A DNA stretch of 48,719 bases from a virus. Its lineage: Duplodnaviria; Caudoviricetes. How positions within the stretch are numbered: position 1 is the stretch's first letter; the number at the start of each line of letters is the position of its first letter. This document shows positions 26,830 through 35,451 of this stretch, piece after piece. The stretch is taken from the IMG/VR virus record IMGVR_UViG_3300032234_000538, positions 1 to 48,719 of that record; one strand, 5' to 3'. The position numbers were made by a program, and so were the translations under genes. The notes beneath the pieces were generated by a model that saw nothing but the letters and a program-made list of their open reading frames with translations, was not told where the DNA came from and did no database searches.

Positions 26830-27741
26830 TTAGTAGGTTATGGCGGCCTTGTATTGGGACCTTATTCCGGTCAGGCCAATGAGAAGTTCAGACGAGAAGC
26901 CGGCTCCATTGTTATTGGTCGATATCCAAGTCTGGGTCATGTTGTATACGCTATCCATGGCCTTTGCGCCATTGAGCGTCTGCCTGATCTGCTGATCGCG
27001 CATCTGACCCGTGTTTAGGGTGTCCTGCCAATTCGTGAACACGTCGGCGGCAAGCTGGGACTCGAACGGAACAACAGTAGGTATGGTAGCAGAAGTAGCC
27101 AATCCCGTCTGGTTTGCGCTCATTCCTAGCTGCGTCGCCGTTGCGGTATAGGTCTTGTAGTAGGCGTCCAGAGCCTGACTGTAGGTGGCGAATGCTATCT
27201 GCTTGGCTTGGAGCTTCTGCTCAAAGGTGATATTGTCCTTGATAGCGGTTGCGGAATTGTGGCCACCGCCCATGGCCGCGCTCAGGCCAGCCGCGTATTG
27301 GGCGTTCTGGGTGGGATCTATTTCGTTATCCTCAAGGAGGGCTTTTGCCGCGGCCGCCAGCTCGGTAAGCTTAAGCCTTTGGTCTTCCTTGGTTGGGACA
27401 TTGTCGACGTAGCTTACAGTAACGCCCGGGAGGCCTTGACCAGCCATCCCGTGAAGCATGGAGTCCCTGAATCCGATTGAGAACGTGCTTACGTCGCTCG
27501 CCATCGCGGTTTTCGCCGCAAGATTGGTGGACGACCAATCGGCGGTCGCTTGCGAATAGGCGCTGATTCCCGTCAGCATCTCGTTCACCAAGCATCTTCC
27601 GTATAGCTTGTAGCCCTGATTCGTTATGTATCCGTCTCCGCCTACGGGGAAGGAGGAAGACGTAGTCGTGTGGGCTACGGGAAAATCAAAAGGCATGCAC
27701 TCGCTTGCCGGAACTGTCCCATTTGGTAGCGGGCTGGTCAT
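26830..27741 (-). CDS. Hypothetical virion protein (pilot/ejection-like)
   Basis: 303 aa, Ala/Thr-rich, directly after the nozzle gene. Confidence 0.6.
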   Translation of the reverse strand: MTSPLPNGTVPASECMPFDFPVAHTTTSSSFPVGGDGYITNQGYKLYGRCLVNEMLTGISAYSQATADWSSTNLAAKTAMASDVSTFSIGFRDSMLHGMAGQGLPGVTVSYVDNVPTKEDQRLKLTELAAAAKALLEDNEIDPTQNAQYAAGLSAAMGGGHNSATAIKDNITFEQKLQAKQIAFATYSQALDAYYKTYTATATQLGMSANQTGLATSATIPTVVPFESQLAADVFTNWQDTLNTGQMRDQQIRQTLNGAKAMDSVYNMTQTWISTNNNGAGFSSELLIGLTGIRSQYKAAITY

Positions 27742-29129
27742 TAGTAGATGCTAAATAGGGATCTTCCGGCGATAGAGGCGTCCACGCCACACGCGAGGAT
27801 GCGGGCCGAGCCTCCGATGACAACGATCTTGAGCTTCACGCCCATGGCTCGCTTGTTGATCAAACCGCGCCTAATCGTGCTTCCTTTGGCCGTGCTGAAC
27901 TTATCCATCACCTGCTCGGAGTCCGGATTTACGGTTATCGCGCTTATGTATACGCTGGAATCGTCCGCATTGTCCATGTGGACGTAAAATGCGTCGTATT
28001 TCTTGTCGGCCATGGCCCTGAACATGTAATTACGCGTCCTTACTTCCGACCTGATGGGCTCGAACGCGGTATTTCCTGAGTCATGCTGCCCTTCCTCGAG
28101 CAGATAGATCTTCTTGTTGGTAGAATCAAAGGCAAACAGCCTAGGCCTGCCGGCTTTTCGCGCAACCAGCAGCGTGGACGGGTTGAAGGGATACTCGTCC
28201 AGAGACTCAAACATGCCCTTGATCTGAGGATTAAGGACGAGAACCTTCCATCGCGTCTGGTTTGACTCAGCAAACGGAAGGGTGACGTAAAATCGTCCGC
28301 AATAAGCAACGACACACACCTTGTCGTAGGACGCAGGGTTAACTTTGTCCATTATGTCCTGTATCACCGTGCTCATCGGCTCAGCGCCCTCGGAGAACTT
28401 ATCTCCGGCGAGGACTTTTACGCCCGGGCGGCGGTTGGCGTCGAAGAAAACAGTTACCCCGCCAGAGGTTGCCACCGAGTCCGGGCCCGTAGTCCCGTCG
28501 GATGAGCTTATTTTTTGGACCTGATGGAGGGCGTCCTGCTTTTTCTGGGCAGATAGGTATCCAACGCCAGCCTTGACCATGTAGATGCTGCGCTTACCGA
28601 ACGCCAGAACGCTATTGTGGCCCGTAGATATCGCCTGAATCCTGTCATAGGTTCCCTGAACTAGGCTCAGCGTGTCAGCTGGGACGGGCTTCACGCCTCC
28701 ATAGGCGGTAAAGCGGAGCTGGTCGTCTTTGGCCGTGACGAGGCGTTCGGTGATGTTGCCTCCGGACGTAAAGCTGGCGTCAGTAGACTCGGCACAAATG
28801 GCGTTTAGGTAGCCCTGACCCCTGACTTGCTGGTATCCAGCTATGGCAGACAGGACATATGTCTGGTTGTCATCGATCTCATGGCGCTGATTGGAGCCGA
28901 AGATGATGATAGAGTCTCCGTTTCCGTGCTGCGCGACAACGGCGTAATTGGCGTCCTGACCGGCAGAAAGGACGAGCTTGGACCCATTCCGAGGAGATAT
29001 CACTCCGTCCGTAATCCTGACGTTGCTGGCGTATTCCAGAAACGAGCTAGGCTCGAAGGTCGCGCTATTCGGATAGCTGGCGAACCCCTCGAACCTCAGG
29101 TCGGCGTCGGCTGTGACCTCTCGGGCCAT
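27741..29129 (-). CDS. Tail nozzle / tail tubular protein B-like (P22 gp10-like)
   Basis: Beta-rich 462 aa. N-terminal LEYASNVRITDGVISPRNG, SVLAFGKRSIY and C-terminal SEVRTRNYMF...K. Typical podovirus position. Confidence 0.7.
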   Translation of the reverse strand: MAREVTADADLRFEGFASYPNSATFEPSSFLEYASNVRITDGVISPRNGSKLVLSAGQDANYAVVAQHGNGDSIIIFGSNQRHEIDDNQTYVLSAIAGYQQVRGQGYLNAICAESTDASFTSGGNITERLVTAKDDQLRFTAYGGVKPVPADTLSLVQGTYDRIQAISTGHNSVLAFGKRSIYMVKAGVGYLSAQKKQDALHQVQKISSSDGTTGPDSVATSGGVTVFFDANRRPGVKVLAGDKFSEGAEPMSTVIQDIMDKVNPASYDKVCVVAYCGRFYVTLPFAESNQTRWKVLVLNPQIKGMFESLDEYPFNPSTLLVARKAGRPRLFAFDSTNKKIYLLEEGQHDSGNTAFEPIRSEVRTRNYMFRAMADKKYDAFYVHMDNADDSSVYISAITVNPDSEQVMDKFSTAKGSTIRRGLINKRAMGVKLKIVVIGGSARILACGVDASIAGRSLFSIY

Positions 29130-29236
29130 TACTTACCGGTGATGGAGTGGTAGACCTCGCGGAGCTTTTCAGCCCAGCGGGCGCCGACGTAAACGCCGCC
29201 GACGAAAGAGAGAGAGATGAGGATGATGGTGATCAT
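29129..29236 (-). CDS. 35-aa single-TM peptide
   Basis: Not in the ORF track. MITIILISLSFVGGVYVGARWAEKLREVYHSITGK overlaps both neighbours at start/stop codons. Confidence 0.65.
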   Translation of the reverse strand: MITIILISLSFVGGVYVGARWAEKLREVYHSITGK

Positions 29237-29436
29237 GGTTTTTGGATTAGCTTTTCCTCCGCTATCTTAGCCTGAAGCGACTCATCGTCGTCGGCCAGAA
29301 TGACGGAAAGGTTGGAAATTATGCTTCCCGCGTTCGGGAAGCTGGCAAAGTGACTGATTATCTTGGTGTGCTCATTGTAGAACACGCCTACTTTACCTGC
29401 CACAACAGGGATGGGCGGCTTAGACTGTGAGGACAT
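29233..29436 (-). CDS. Small hypothetical protein (tail-fibre associated)
   Basis: 67 aa, overlaps the end of the fibre gene. Confidence 0.6.
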   Translation of the reverse strand: MSSQSKPPIPVVAGKVGVFYNEHTKIISHFASFPNAGSIISNLSVILADDDESLQAKIAEEKLIQKP

Positions 29437-30634
29437 TGTAGTAATTAGAGCTGTTTGAGTCGTATATTGAAACTACGTTGGCCTGATACCAAGCTCCGTC
29501 CTTTCTGACGTAGTAATATCCGTCATAGTTCGCGTCAGATATTCCACTCGAACCATCTTGGCCTGCCGGACCTTGGTCGCCCTTCTGGGCCATGAGGTCA
29601 AAGTAGCTATTGGAGTCAGGATAGTTATACGCCGTGTGCTGATATGTGCATATGTAGCTGGATCCATTATACCTGACGGCGTCATTCTGGTCATATGACG
29701 TTGCGTAGCTGAAATCGCCCCTCCAATTTATTACGCCAGCCCCCGGAGGTCCCTCTGGGCCCGTTGCGCCGGTGTCGCCCGTCTGGCCTTGTGGTCCCGT
29801 CTGACCCGTCTGCCCGTCTTGTCCCGCAGGGCCCTGAGGCCCCGGAACTCCTTGAATGCCCTGAGGGCCTTGGACTATTGCCGTGGTCTGGCGGGTTCCG
29901 TCGCCAAACATTATGCCCGTCGAGTCGACCCTAAGCACGGCAACAGTTGAAGGCGCTATTCCGATGCCAACCCTTCCATGCTGATCGACGACGAAGCGAG
30001 TGGCGTCAGGGGTCGTGCTGTCCTCTATCTCGATGGCATTTCCGGTTCCCTTTTGCGTGACGCGCAAGGCAGCGGCGGAGTTGGTCGTGTCGATGATTTG
30101 AGGGGCATTGAAGGTGTTGGCGATATTCGTGGCCGCGCCGTAAATAACATTCCCCTGTGCGTTCTTGTAGGTAATCTGAAACCTGCCAATCCAAACATCA
30201 CCAGCAACCGAATTGGTAAGTATGGAGGTTGAGTCGATGCTGCCGATGTTTAGTCCAGCATTTGTGGCAGTAGGAGCGACTGTGTTGACCTTGCCCGTGA
30301 AGGTTCCTCCAGAAAGCAGGGCGTATTCAGCAAGGTCCTGCGAGGACAGCTTAGTCCACGCGGACGGGTGGGTGATCGGGCCATAGCCCGCGGCGCCTAT
30401 AAAGGTGTTAAAGCGGTAGAAGTCATTGGAATCCAATACAACGTCTCCTGCCGAATAGATCTTAAAGTTGTCATAATCGCTAAAGCCGGCCCCAGCGGAC
30501 TCGCTGGCCGTGACAAATGGGTTAGTCCCAGACGGAGATACGGCGGCGTTAATGGCGTCAATGGCGGCCTGAGACAGCTCATCGCCTACGTTGACGACGT
30601 TCTGCTCCGAAGGGGGCAGATACGACGAGCCCAT
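29420..30634 (-). CDS. Tail fibre-like protein with collagen repeats and carbohydrate-binding-like modules
   Basis: 15 consecutive G-X-Y triplets, YALLSGGTFTG fibre motif, GRVGIG, FGDGTRQTTA and WRGDFSYATSYDQNDAVRYNGSSY. Confidence 0.8.
   Translation of the reverse strand: MGSSYLPPSEQNVVNVGDELSQAAIDAINAAVSPSGTNPFVTASESAGAGFSDYDNFKIYSAGDVVLDSNDFYRFNTFIGAAGYGPITHPSAWTKLSSQDLAEYALLSGGTFTGKVNTVAPTATNAGLNIGSIDSTSILTNSVAGDVWIGRFQITYKNAQGNVIYGAATNIANTFNAPQIIDTTNSAAALRVTQKGTGNAIEIEDSTTPDATRFVVDQHGRVGIGIAPSTVAVLRVDSTGIMFGDGTRQTTAIVQGPQGIQGVPGPQGPAGQDGQTGQTGPQGQTGDTGATGPEGPPGAGVINWRGDFSYATSYDQNDAVRYNGSSYICTYQHTAYNYPDSNSYFDLMAQKGDQGPAGQDGSSGISDANYDGYYYVRKDGAWYQANVVSIYDSNSSNYYNVLTV
29735..29869 (-). repeat. 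Collagen-like (Gly-X-Y)15 coding repeat
   Basis: GPQ GIQ GVP GPQ GPA GQD GQT GQT GPQ GQT GDT GAT GPE GPP GAG. Confidence 0.9.
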
Positions 30635-30909
30635 TAGATAACGCCCTCGTAGACGACTACAGTTCCGTTGCCGGTGATGAACAGGGGGCCCTGATAGCCT
30701 TCGATAATGTAGATACCGCCGTTCGCGATTTGCAGTCCTGCCGTATCGCCCTCATTAAAGGCGACGTGGCAATGGTTAGTCTGAGGCTGGATGTGCAGCT
30801 GGATGCGCTGCTCGCCAAGCTCAACCGGGTTAATCTTGGTGGCGGTGGCGGAGGCCGTGAAGGTCTTCGTCTTGAACCGCTTGATGAGGGGGGTGGTCTT
30901 GTTGAACAT
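30634..30909 (-). CDS. Small beta-rich virion protein
   Basis: 91 aa, coupled between the adaptor and fibre genes. Confidence 0.6.
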   Translation of the reverse strand: MFNKTTPLIKRFKTKTFTASATATKINPVELGEQRIQLHIQPQTNHCHVAFNEGDTAGLQIANGGIYIIEGYQGPLFITGNGTVVVYEGVI

Positions 30910-30910
30910 G

Positions 30911-31690
30911 TCAGTAGCTTCGGAAATTGATCTTTCGGGTCATGCCTTGCTGTCGGAGGACTTGATCGAGGGCGTGGTCCTTGGCTTCCTCGGCCCTGTT
31001 CTCGATGAAACCGAGCGTATTGACGTCGGCGTTGCCTTGAGCTCGGCTGTAGTCGGAGAAGGCTCCTTGGGATATGTAGTCAGAGAAGAGCCGCGGTATA
31101 ACCACCTTTGTCCAATTTGGATGTATGTCGGGAGGGGTTCCCGGGCTCGAAGGGCTGGTTCCGTTGTAATTCCAGAAGTTACCCTTGGTCGGGTATCCAT
31201 TGACGGGAACTATGGCAGAGGCTCCATCTATGATGCCGGCAAGGCCGGGGCCTTCATCGTAGTAGACCTGAGCTCCGTTGTAGTAGGTAGTCGCAGGCTT
31301 CCAAGGGTCGCCAAAGAGGACGGGGGCATCAGGGCGATGCTCGACCCACACCTCAGAGTCATTGTCGTTGGCCAGATAGAAGCCGTCGTTGATTCCCTCG
31401 AAGTCCTTCTGGACTCCATGAGACGACGCCAGCGGGTCCTTAGACCACACGCATATCACCTGACCGACGTCAGCAGGAGTAACTATCTTGCGCCTCTCGT
31501 TTTCGACATTGGTCGAGCAGCGAGTGTATCGCTTCAGGTCGGGCCAATCGTTGGATTCCCAGATCTTTTGGATGCGTCGGCTGGCGAAATCGCGTATCAT
31601 GGCGAACCTGTCCAGCGTCGTGAGATTCCTGTCCAGCCCGCAGAACTGCAAGGCCGAGTGAAGTATTTCGCTGAAGTTCGCGGATCGCAT
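30911..31690 (-). CDS. Head-tail adaptor / tail tubular protein A-like
   Basis: N-terminal helices ending WESNDWPDL and C-terminal IPRLFSDYI...helix. Position after the capsid genes. Confidence 0.65.
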   Translation of the reverse strand: MRSANFSEILHSALQFCGLDRNLTTLDRFAMIRDFASRRIQKIWESNDWPDLKRYTRCSTNVENERRKIVTPADVGQVICVWSKDPLASSHGVQKDFEGINDGFYLANDNDSEVWVEHRPDAPVLFGDPWKPATTYYNGAQVYYDEGPGLAGIIDGASAIVPVNGYPTKGNFWNYNGTSPSSPGTPPDIHPNWTKVVIPRLFSDYISQGAFSDYSRAQGNADVNTLGFIENRAEEAKDHALDQVLRQQGMTRKINFRSY

Positions 31691-31692
31691 TA

Positions 31693-32382
31693 TTACGGGC
31701 CCGGATAATTTTCGCCGCCAAACGCGCCACCCTGAGATAGATACAGATACATCTGATTTATCTCCTCAGGGGTCATGTCGGCCAAGCTCATGCCAAGTCC
31801 GGCCATTCCGCCCAAGGCGCCCATGGCGCCTATTCCCCTTTTGACGCCCTTCTTGATGCCTCCCATGCCCATGCTAGGATCTATTCCTCGGGTGGGGGGC
31901 TGAGGGGCCGACCATCCTCCGCCAAACGGAGCCGAGTCCATTCGGTTCCTCGGGTCCATTGGAATCATCGGAGCCATATCGCTCATCCTGCTCCTGTTGA
32001 ACTCCCTGTCGGCGAGCTCTCCCATCATGGCGTCTATGTCGCTAGATCCGCCCTGATTAAAGCTCGGGTAGTGATGGAACGGGGTCTGTATCTGGTTTGG
32101 GGCGTTGGGGGTGAGTCCGAACATTCCCTGACGAGGCATCTGGGGCATCGCCATTTGGGGGCGAGGAGAGCTTATGGCATCAGCCATGTAGTTCGCCCTA
32201 TTATCGCTTCCGCGAACGGTGTTCTGAAGTGCGTTTTGTGCGTTCCTTCGGGCAACTATGTCGGCCGAGCTTTCGTAAGCGTTAGGATTATAGGTCCGGC
32301 TATGCTGAAGCGGGGCAGGCGGGGTTGGCGCCGTAGGCCCGGCGTTGCGCCTAGGCATGCGACCTTCGTTATATTGTTCCAT
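31693..32382 (-). CDS. Low-complexity Met/Pro/Gly-rich hypothetical protein
   Basis: 229-aa ORF filling the operon gap with 2-5 bp spacing. Confidence 0.6.
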   Translation of the reverse strand: MEQYNEGRMPRRNAGPTAPTPPAPLQHSRTYNPNAYESSADIVARRNAQNALQNTVRGSDNRANYMADAISSPRPQMAMPQMPRQGMFGLTPNAPNQIQTPFHHYPSFNQGGSSDIDAMMGELADREFNRSRMSDMAPMIPMDPRNRMDSAPFGGGWSAPQPPTRGIDPSMGMGGIKKGVKRGIGAMGALGGMAGLGMSLADMTPEEINQMYLYLSQGGAFGGENYPGP

Positions 32383-32387
32383 GTCGG

Positions 32388-32726
32388 TTAAAAGGGAAGC
32401 CCCGGAGTGACGATCTGCGTCTTCGCCGCTACGTTGGGCTTAAACTCAGGATTCTCTTGGAGGATCCTGTTCAGGAACTTCTTGTCGTTCCATATGTCAG
32501 GGCCGAACAAGAACTTCATGTGCTGATAAAAATCGATGGGGATACGGGCCTTCAGCTGGCCCAGACCCTCGGAAAATTGGTGCTCATTTTTGTTGGTCTC
32601 GGCGATGAGCTTCCGAGCTGCCTCTGCTTGGACCTTACGGAGGTTCCACCCCGAGCGAAACTCCTCCAGCATGGGCTGGAGAAGGTCGCCGGGGATGGCT
32701 TCATGGATGGGCGGCAGCTCAGCCAT
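32388..32726 (-). CDS. Hypothetical protein downstream of major capsid
   Basis: 112 aa with ARIPIDFY...W.DKKFL...NPEF pattern, as often seen after SU10-type capsid genes. Confidence 0.65.
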   Translation of the reverse strand: MAELPPIHEAIPGDLLQPMLEEFRSGWNLRKVQAEAARKLIAETNKNEHQFSEGLGQLKARIPIDFYQHMKFLFGPDIWNDKKFLNRILQENPEFKPNVAAKTQIVTPGLPF

Positions 32727-32738
32727 GACCTCGTATGA

Positions 32739-34142
32739 TTAGGCGTCGTTAGCCTTGTAGTCGAACATGCCGAAGCACAGCGGGCTCTGGACGACCAGAG
32801 CAGCCATGGCTTCCATCATGCGACGGGGGCCGCCACCGTTTTCGGTGAGCTCGCGAACCTGAGCGATGTTTCCACCGTATCGGATCTCGAGGTATTCCCA
32901 CGGAATGATGAAGCCCTTGGTCTTCGCGTTCTGAGCGTGAAGATTGACGTGCTTCTTGGCGTCAGCCTCGGTGGTGTAAGCGGCGACAGCGCTGGTGGTG
33001 TCGACGGTCGGAACGCCGTTGGACCAAGTAACGTTCTTGAGAACGATGTTGGCGGTGTTCGTGACGTCGCCATCGTAAACGACCCAATTCTGACCGGAGG
33101 TGATGCCCAGAGCACCAAGAGCCGAACCGCTGGCCGTGATTTCGGCGTTGGTGTGGAACTTGATGGTGTAGGGGTTGACACCGGCATGCAGGAACTGCGA
33201 CGGGATCAGCGAGAGGCGGCCGAAGTCGCCCTCGAAGACGTCGACGGAAGCCTTGATGGTGTCCGAGTTGGCGTCGCGGTTGGAGTTGATCGTCGGGTTC
33301 AGGCCAGAGGCCGGAGCGCGCTGGGTGTAGACGAGGTTCGTGAACTGCCTCTTGAGGGAGGTTCCGACGACGGCTTCATGCGAACGGAACTGACCGGTCT
33401 GTTCGTAGACCGAGGTCATGACGTCCTGAACGTCGTTCTCAGAGAGATTATCGACGGTAAGGCCGGTTCCGATGATGGAGCTGGACGGGGTGAGGAAGTT
33501 CTCGTTGATCGAGCGGATTTCCTGCCTGTAGTTGCCAGCGCTCGAGTTGGTATTCTGGATACCATACTTGGTCTGGGTGTTATACTGAGCAGAAGCGAGC
33601 TCGGGCTTGATCCAAGCCGTGAGGCATCGGGTGCGATAGGGCAGGGTGCCGTTATCGAGGACCGGGAGGATATCGGAAGTGAAGGTGAGCTCCATGGAGC
33701 GCTTCAGGTCGATGGTGGCCTTGGAGAGCTGGCGAGAGAGCTCATCCTTAACGCCCGCGATATTGAGGATATCCTGCGTCAGGTTAGAGACGTGGACGGC
33801 CCTGCGGAACATGTGGATGTTGTTCTCGACTTCAGTCCTGTAGCCGACGGTATACTGCTTGAACTCACCGCCACCGAGGCCAGCGTTGGCACCGGTAAGG
33901 TTGTTCGGATCGACGTCCTTGCCGTCAACGATACCGAGTTCCACGGAGGGCTCGGGGTTGCGGTCGACCTGCCAGCGGAAGGTCGTGTTGCCGGGCTTAG
34001 AGCCACGCTTAGCCATCGAGGAGATGGGCGTGTCCTTGGCGTCGACGTTGAGGATGAGGTCGCTCAGTTCCTCGCGGATACCGATGCGGGCGCCGGGGAG
34101 GGGGCGCTGATTCTGGAAGTCCCGTTCGTAGAGATTAGCCAT
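32739..34142 (-). CDS. Major capsid protein (SU10/DUF5309 type)
   Basis: REELSDLILNVDAKDTP, FRWQVD, LKRSMELTF and VDVFEGDFG motifs. Strong C-ending codon bias. Follows the scaffold. Confidence 0.9.
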   Translation of the reverse strand: MANLYERDFQNQRPLPGARIGIREELSDLILNVDAKDTPISSMAKRGSKPGNTTFRWQVDRNPEPSVELGIVDGKDVDPNNLTGANAGLGGGEFKQYTVGYRTEVENNIHMFRRAVHVSNLTQDILNIAGVKDELSRQLSKATIDLKRSMELTFTSDILPVLDNGTLPYRTRCLTAWIKPELASAQYNTQTKYGIQNTNSSAGNYRQEIRSINENFLTPSSSIIGTGLTVDNLSENDVQDVMTSVYEQTGQFRSHEAVVGTSLKRQFTNLVYTQRAPASGLNPTINSNRDANSDTIKASVDVFEGDFGRLSLIPSQFLHAGVNPYTIKFHTNAEITASGSALGALGITSGQNWVVYDGDVTNTANIVLKNVTWSNGVPTVDTTSAVAAYTTEADAKKHVNLHAQNAKTKGFIIPWEYLEIRYGGNIAQVRELTENGGGPRRMMEAMAALVVQSPLCFGMFDYKANDA

Positions 34143-34154
34143 GATGTTTGGTCG

Positions 34155-35111
34155 TTAGATGAACTTGTTCTTGAACACATCAGCCAGATCGTCGATCGAT
34201 CCGCTCCTGCGGTAGCGCTCCACACTAGAGGCATACTGAACCGGGTCGCTCTTTTGGGGCTGACGCGGCGCAGGAACGCTGCTCATAGTCGGTTGCACCG
34301 GAACCCTACCTTGGGACTTCTGGGCCATGGACTTCTGAGCCTTGTAGCTCGTCATTCCATTGACCATGTGCGCGGCGTATATTTCGTAGTCGGGGAACCT
34401 TTTGATCTCAGGGACTGCGTCGATAAAGGCCTTAACCTTAGTCGTTCGCTCATCCTTGTGGTCAGCAAGCCAGCTAAACTCGCTTCGGGCGAATTGCATG
34501 GCCTTGTTCTTCTCCTCTACATACGCCAGCTGCCTAGGAAGGTCTTCCTCTATCGCTTGGAGTGCCCTGACTTTCGCCTTGGACATGTTCTCCTTCGATA
34601 CGGGTTCTCCTTCCCCCTCTGGGTAGTATCCGTCCGGGTAACGCTCGCAGAATAGTCGGATTTTTCGCTGTCTCTCAAACTCGGCCTGTATATCGGTAAT
34701 GCTTTCAAGTTGCGCGAATTGATTGGGCAACTGAGCCTTCTCGACGACCTTGGATCGCTTGAGCTCTGCGACTTCCTGTTCTAGCCTGCTAGCCTTTTCC
34801 TCGGCTTCCCGCCTTAGGGCCGTAAGCTTGGCGAGTCGCTTCTGAACGCCTTTGGTGGAGCGGTCTTGGCTATCGTCATACTGTTGTTCGGCATCTTCGG
34901 CTTCCGTGGTTGCCTCTGGCATTGCTGCCTCGGGCGCTTCCGGCGACTCCACGCCGGTGGTCTGTTCTATCTGGCCGCCAGACAGGACCCGGGAGAAAAA
35001 ATCTTCCGGGCTTTCATTTTTGCTAGGATCGGCTTGCCTAGCGTTGGGCATGGGGGGATTAGTCTCGTTCCCAAGTTCGAGATCAGCTTGTGGCTGTTGG
35101 TCTTCTTCCAT
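34155..35111 (-). CDS. Capsid scaffolding protein
   Basis: Acidic N-terminus, KGVQKRLAKLTALRREAEE coiled coil and C-terminal RSGSIDDLA. Directly upstream of the capsid gene. Confidence 0.8.
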   Translation of the reverse strand: MEEDQQPQADLELGNETNPPMPNARQADPSKNESPEDFFSRVLSGGQIEQTTGVESPEAPEAAMPEATTEAEDAEQQYDDSQDRSTKGVQKRLAKLTALRREAEEKASRLEQEVAELKRSKVVEKAQLPNQFAQLESITDIQAEFERQRKIRLFCERYPDGYYPEGEGEPVSKENMSKAKVRALQAIEEDLPRQLAYVEEKNKAMQFARSEFSWLADHKDERTTKVKAFIDAVPEIKRFPDYEIYAAHMVNGMTSYKAQKSMAQKSQGRVPVQPTMSSVPAPRQPQKSDPVQYASSVERYRRSGSIDDLADVFKNKFI

Positions 35112-35184
35112 GTAGGTCAGCGTTTAACGTCCGCAGAGACGTAAGGATTGATGGCCGTCGTATGCGTCAAAGCAATACGCTCTA

Positions 35185-35448
35185 TTACTGTCCGCTGGTT
35201 TGACCCGTTTTCGGCTTAAGCGCGGAGTCCCTTCGGTCCTGAAGGTGGACGAGCATCTCATTGAGTGCGTCCAGCCTTCCTGCCGAGTGAGTTCTGGCCT
35301 CTCCCGTCGTCGAAGGAGCCATGACCTTGCCCATTTCAATCTGCAAGGCGTAGTCTATCACGACAAGGACGGCCTTGAAGAGCTCGACCGAGTTGGGGTC
35401 CGTTGCGCCGAATGCGTTCTGGACGTATTTGTTGGATTCAGGGGTCAT
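35185..35448 (-). CDS. Small helical protein between portal and scaffold (Bbp19-like position)
   Basis: 87 aa with ARTHSAGRLDAL motif. Call rests on gene order. Confidence 0.6.
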   Translation of the reverse strand: MTPESNKYVQNAFGATDPNSVELFKAVLVVIDYALQIEMGKVMAPSTTGEARTHSAGRLDALNEMLVHLQDRRDSALKPKTGQTSGQ

Positions 35449-35451
35449 AGG

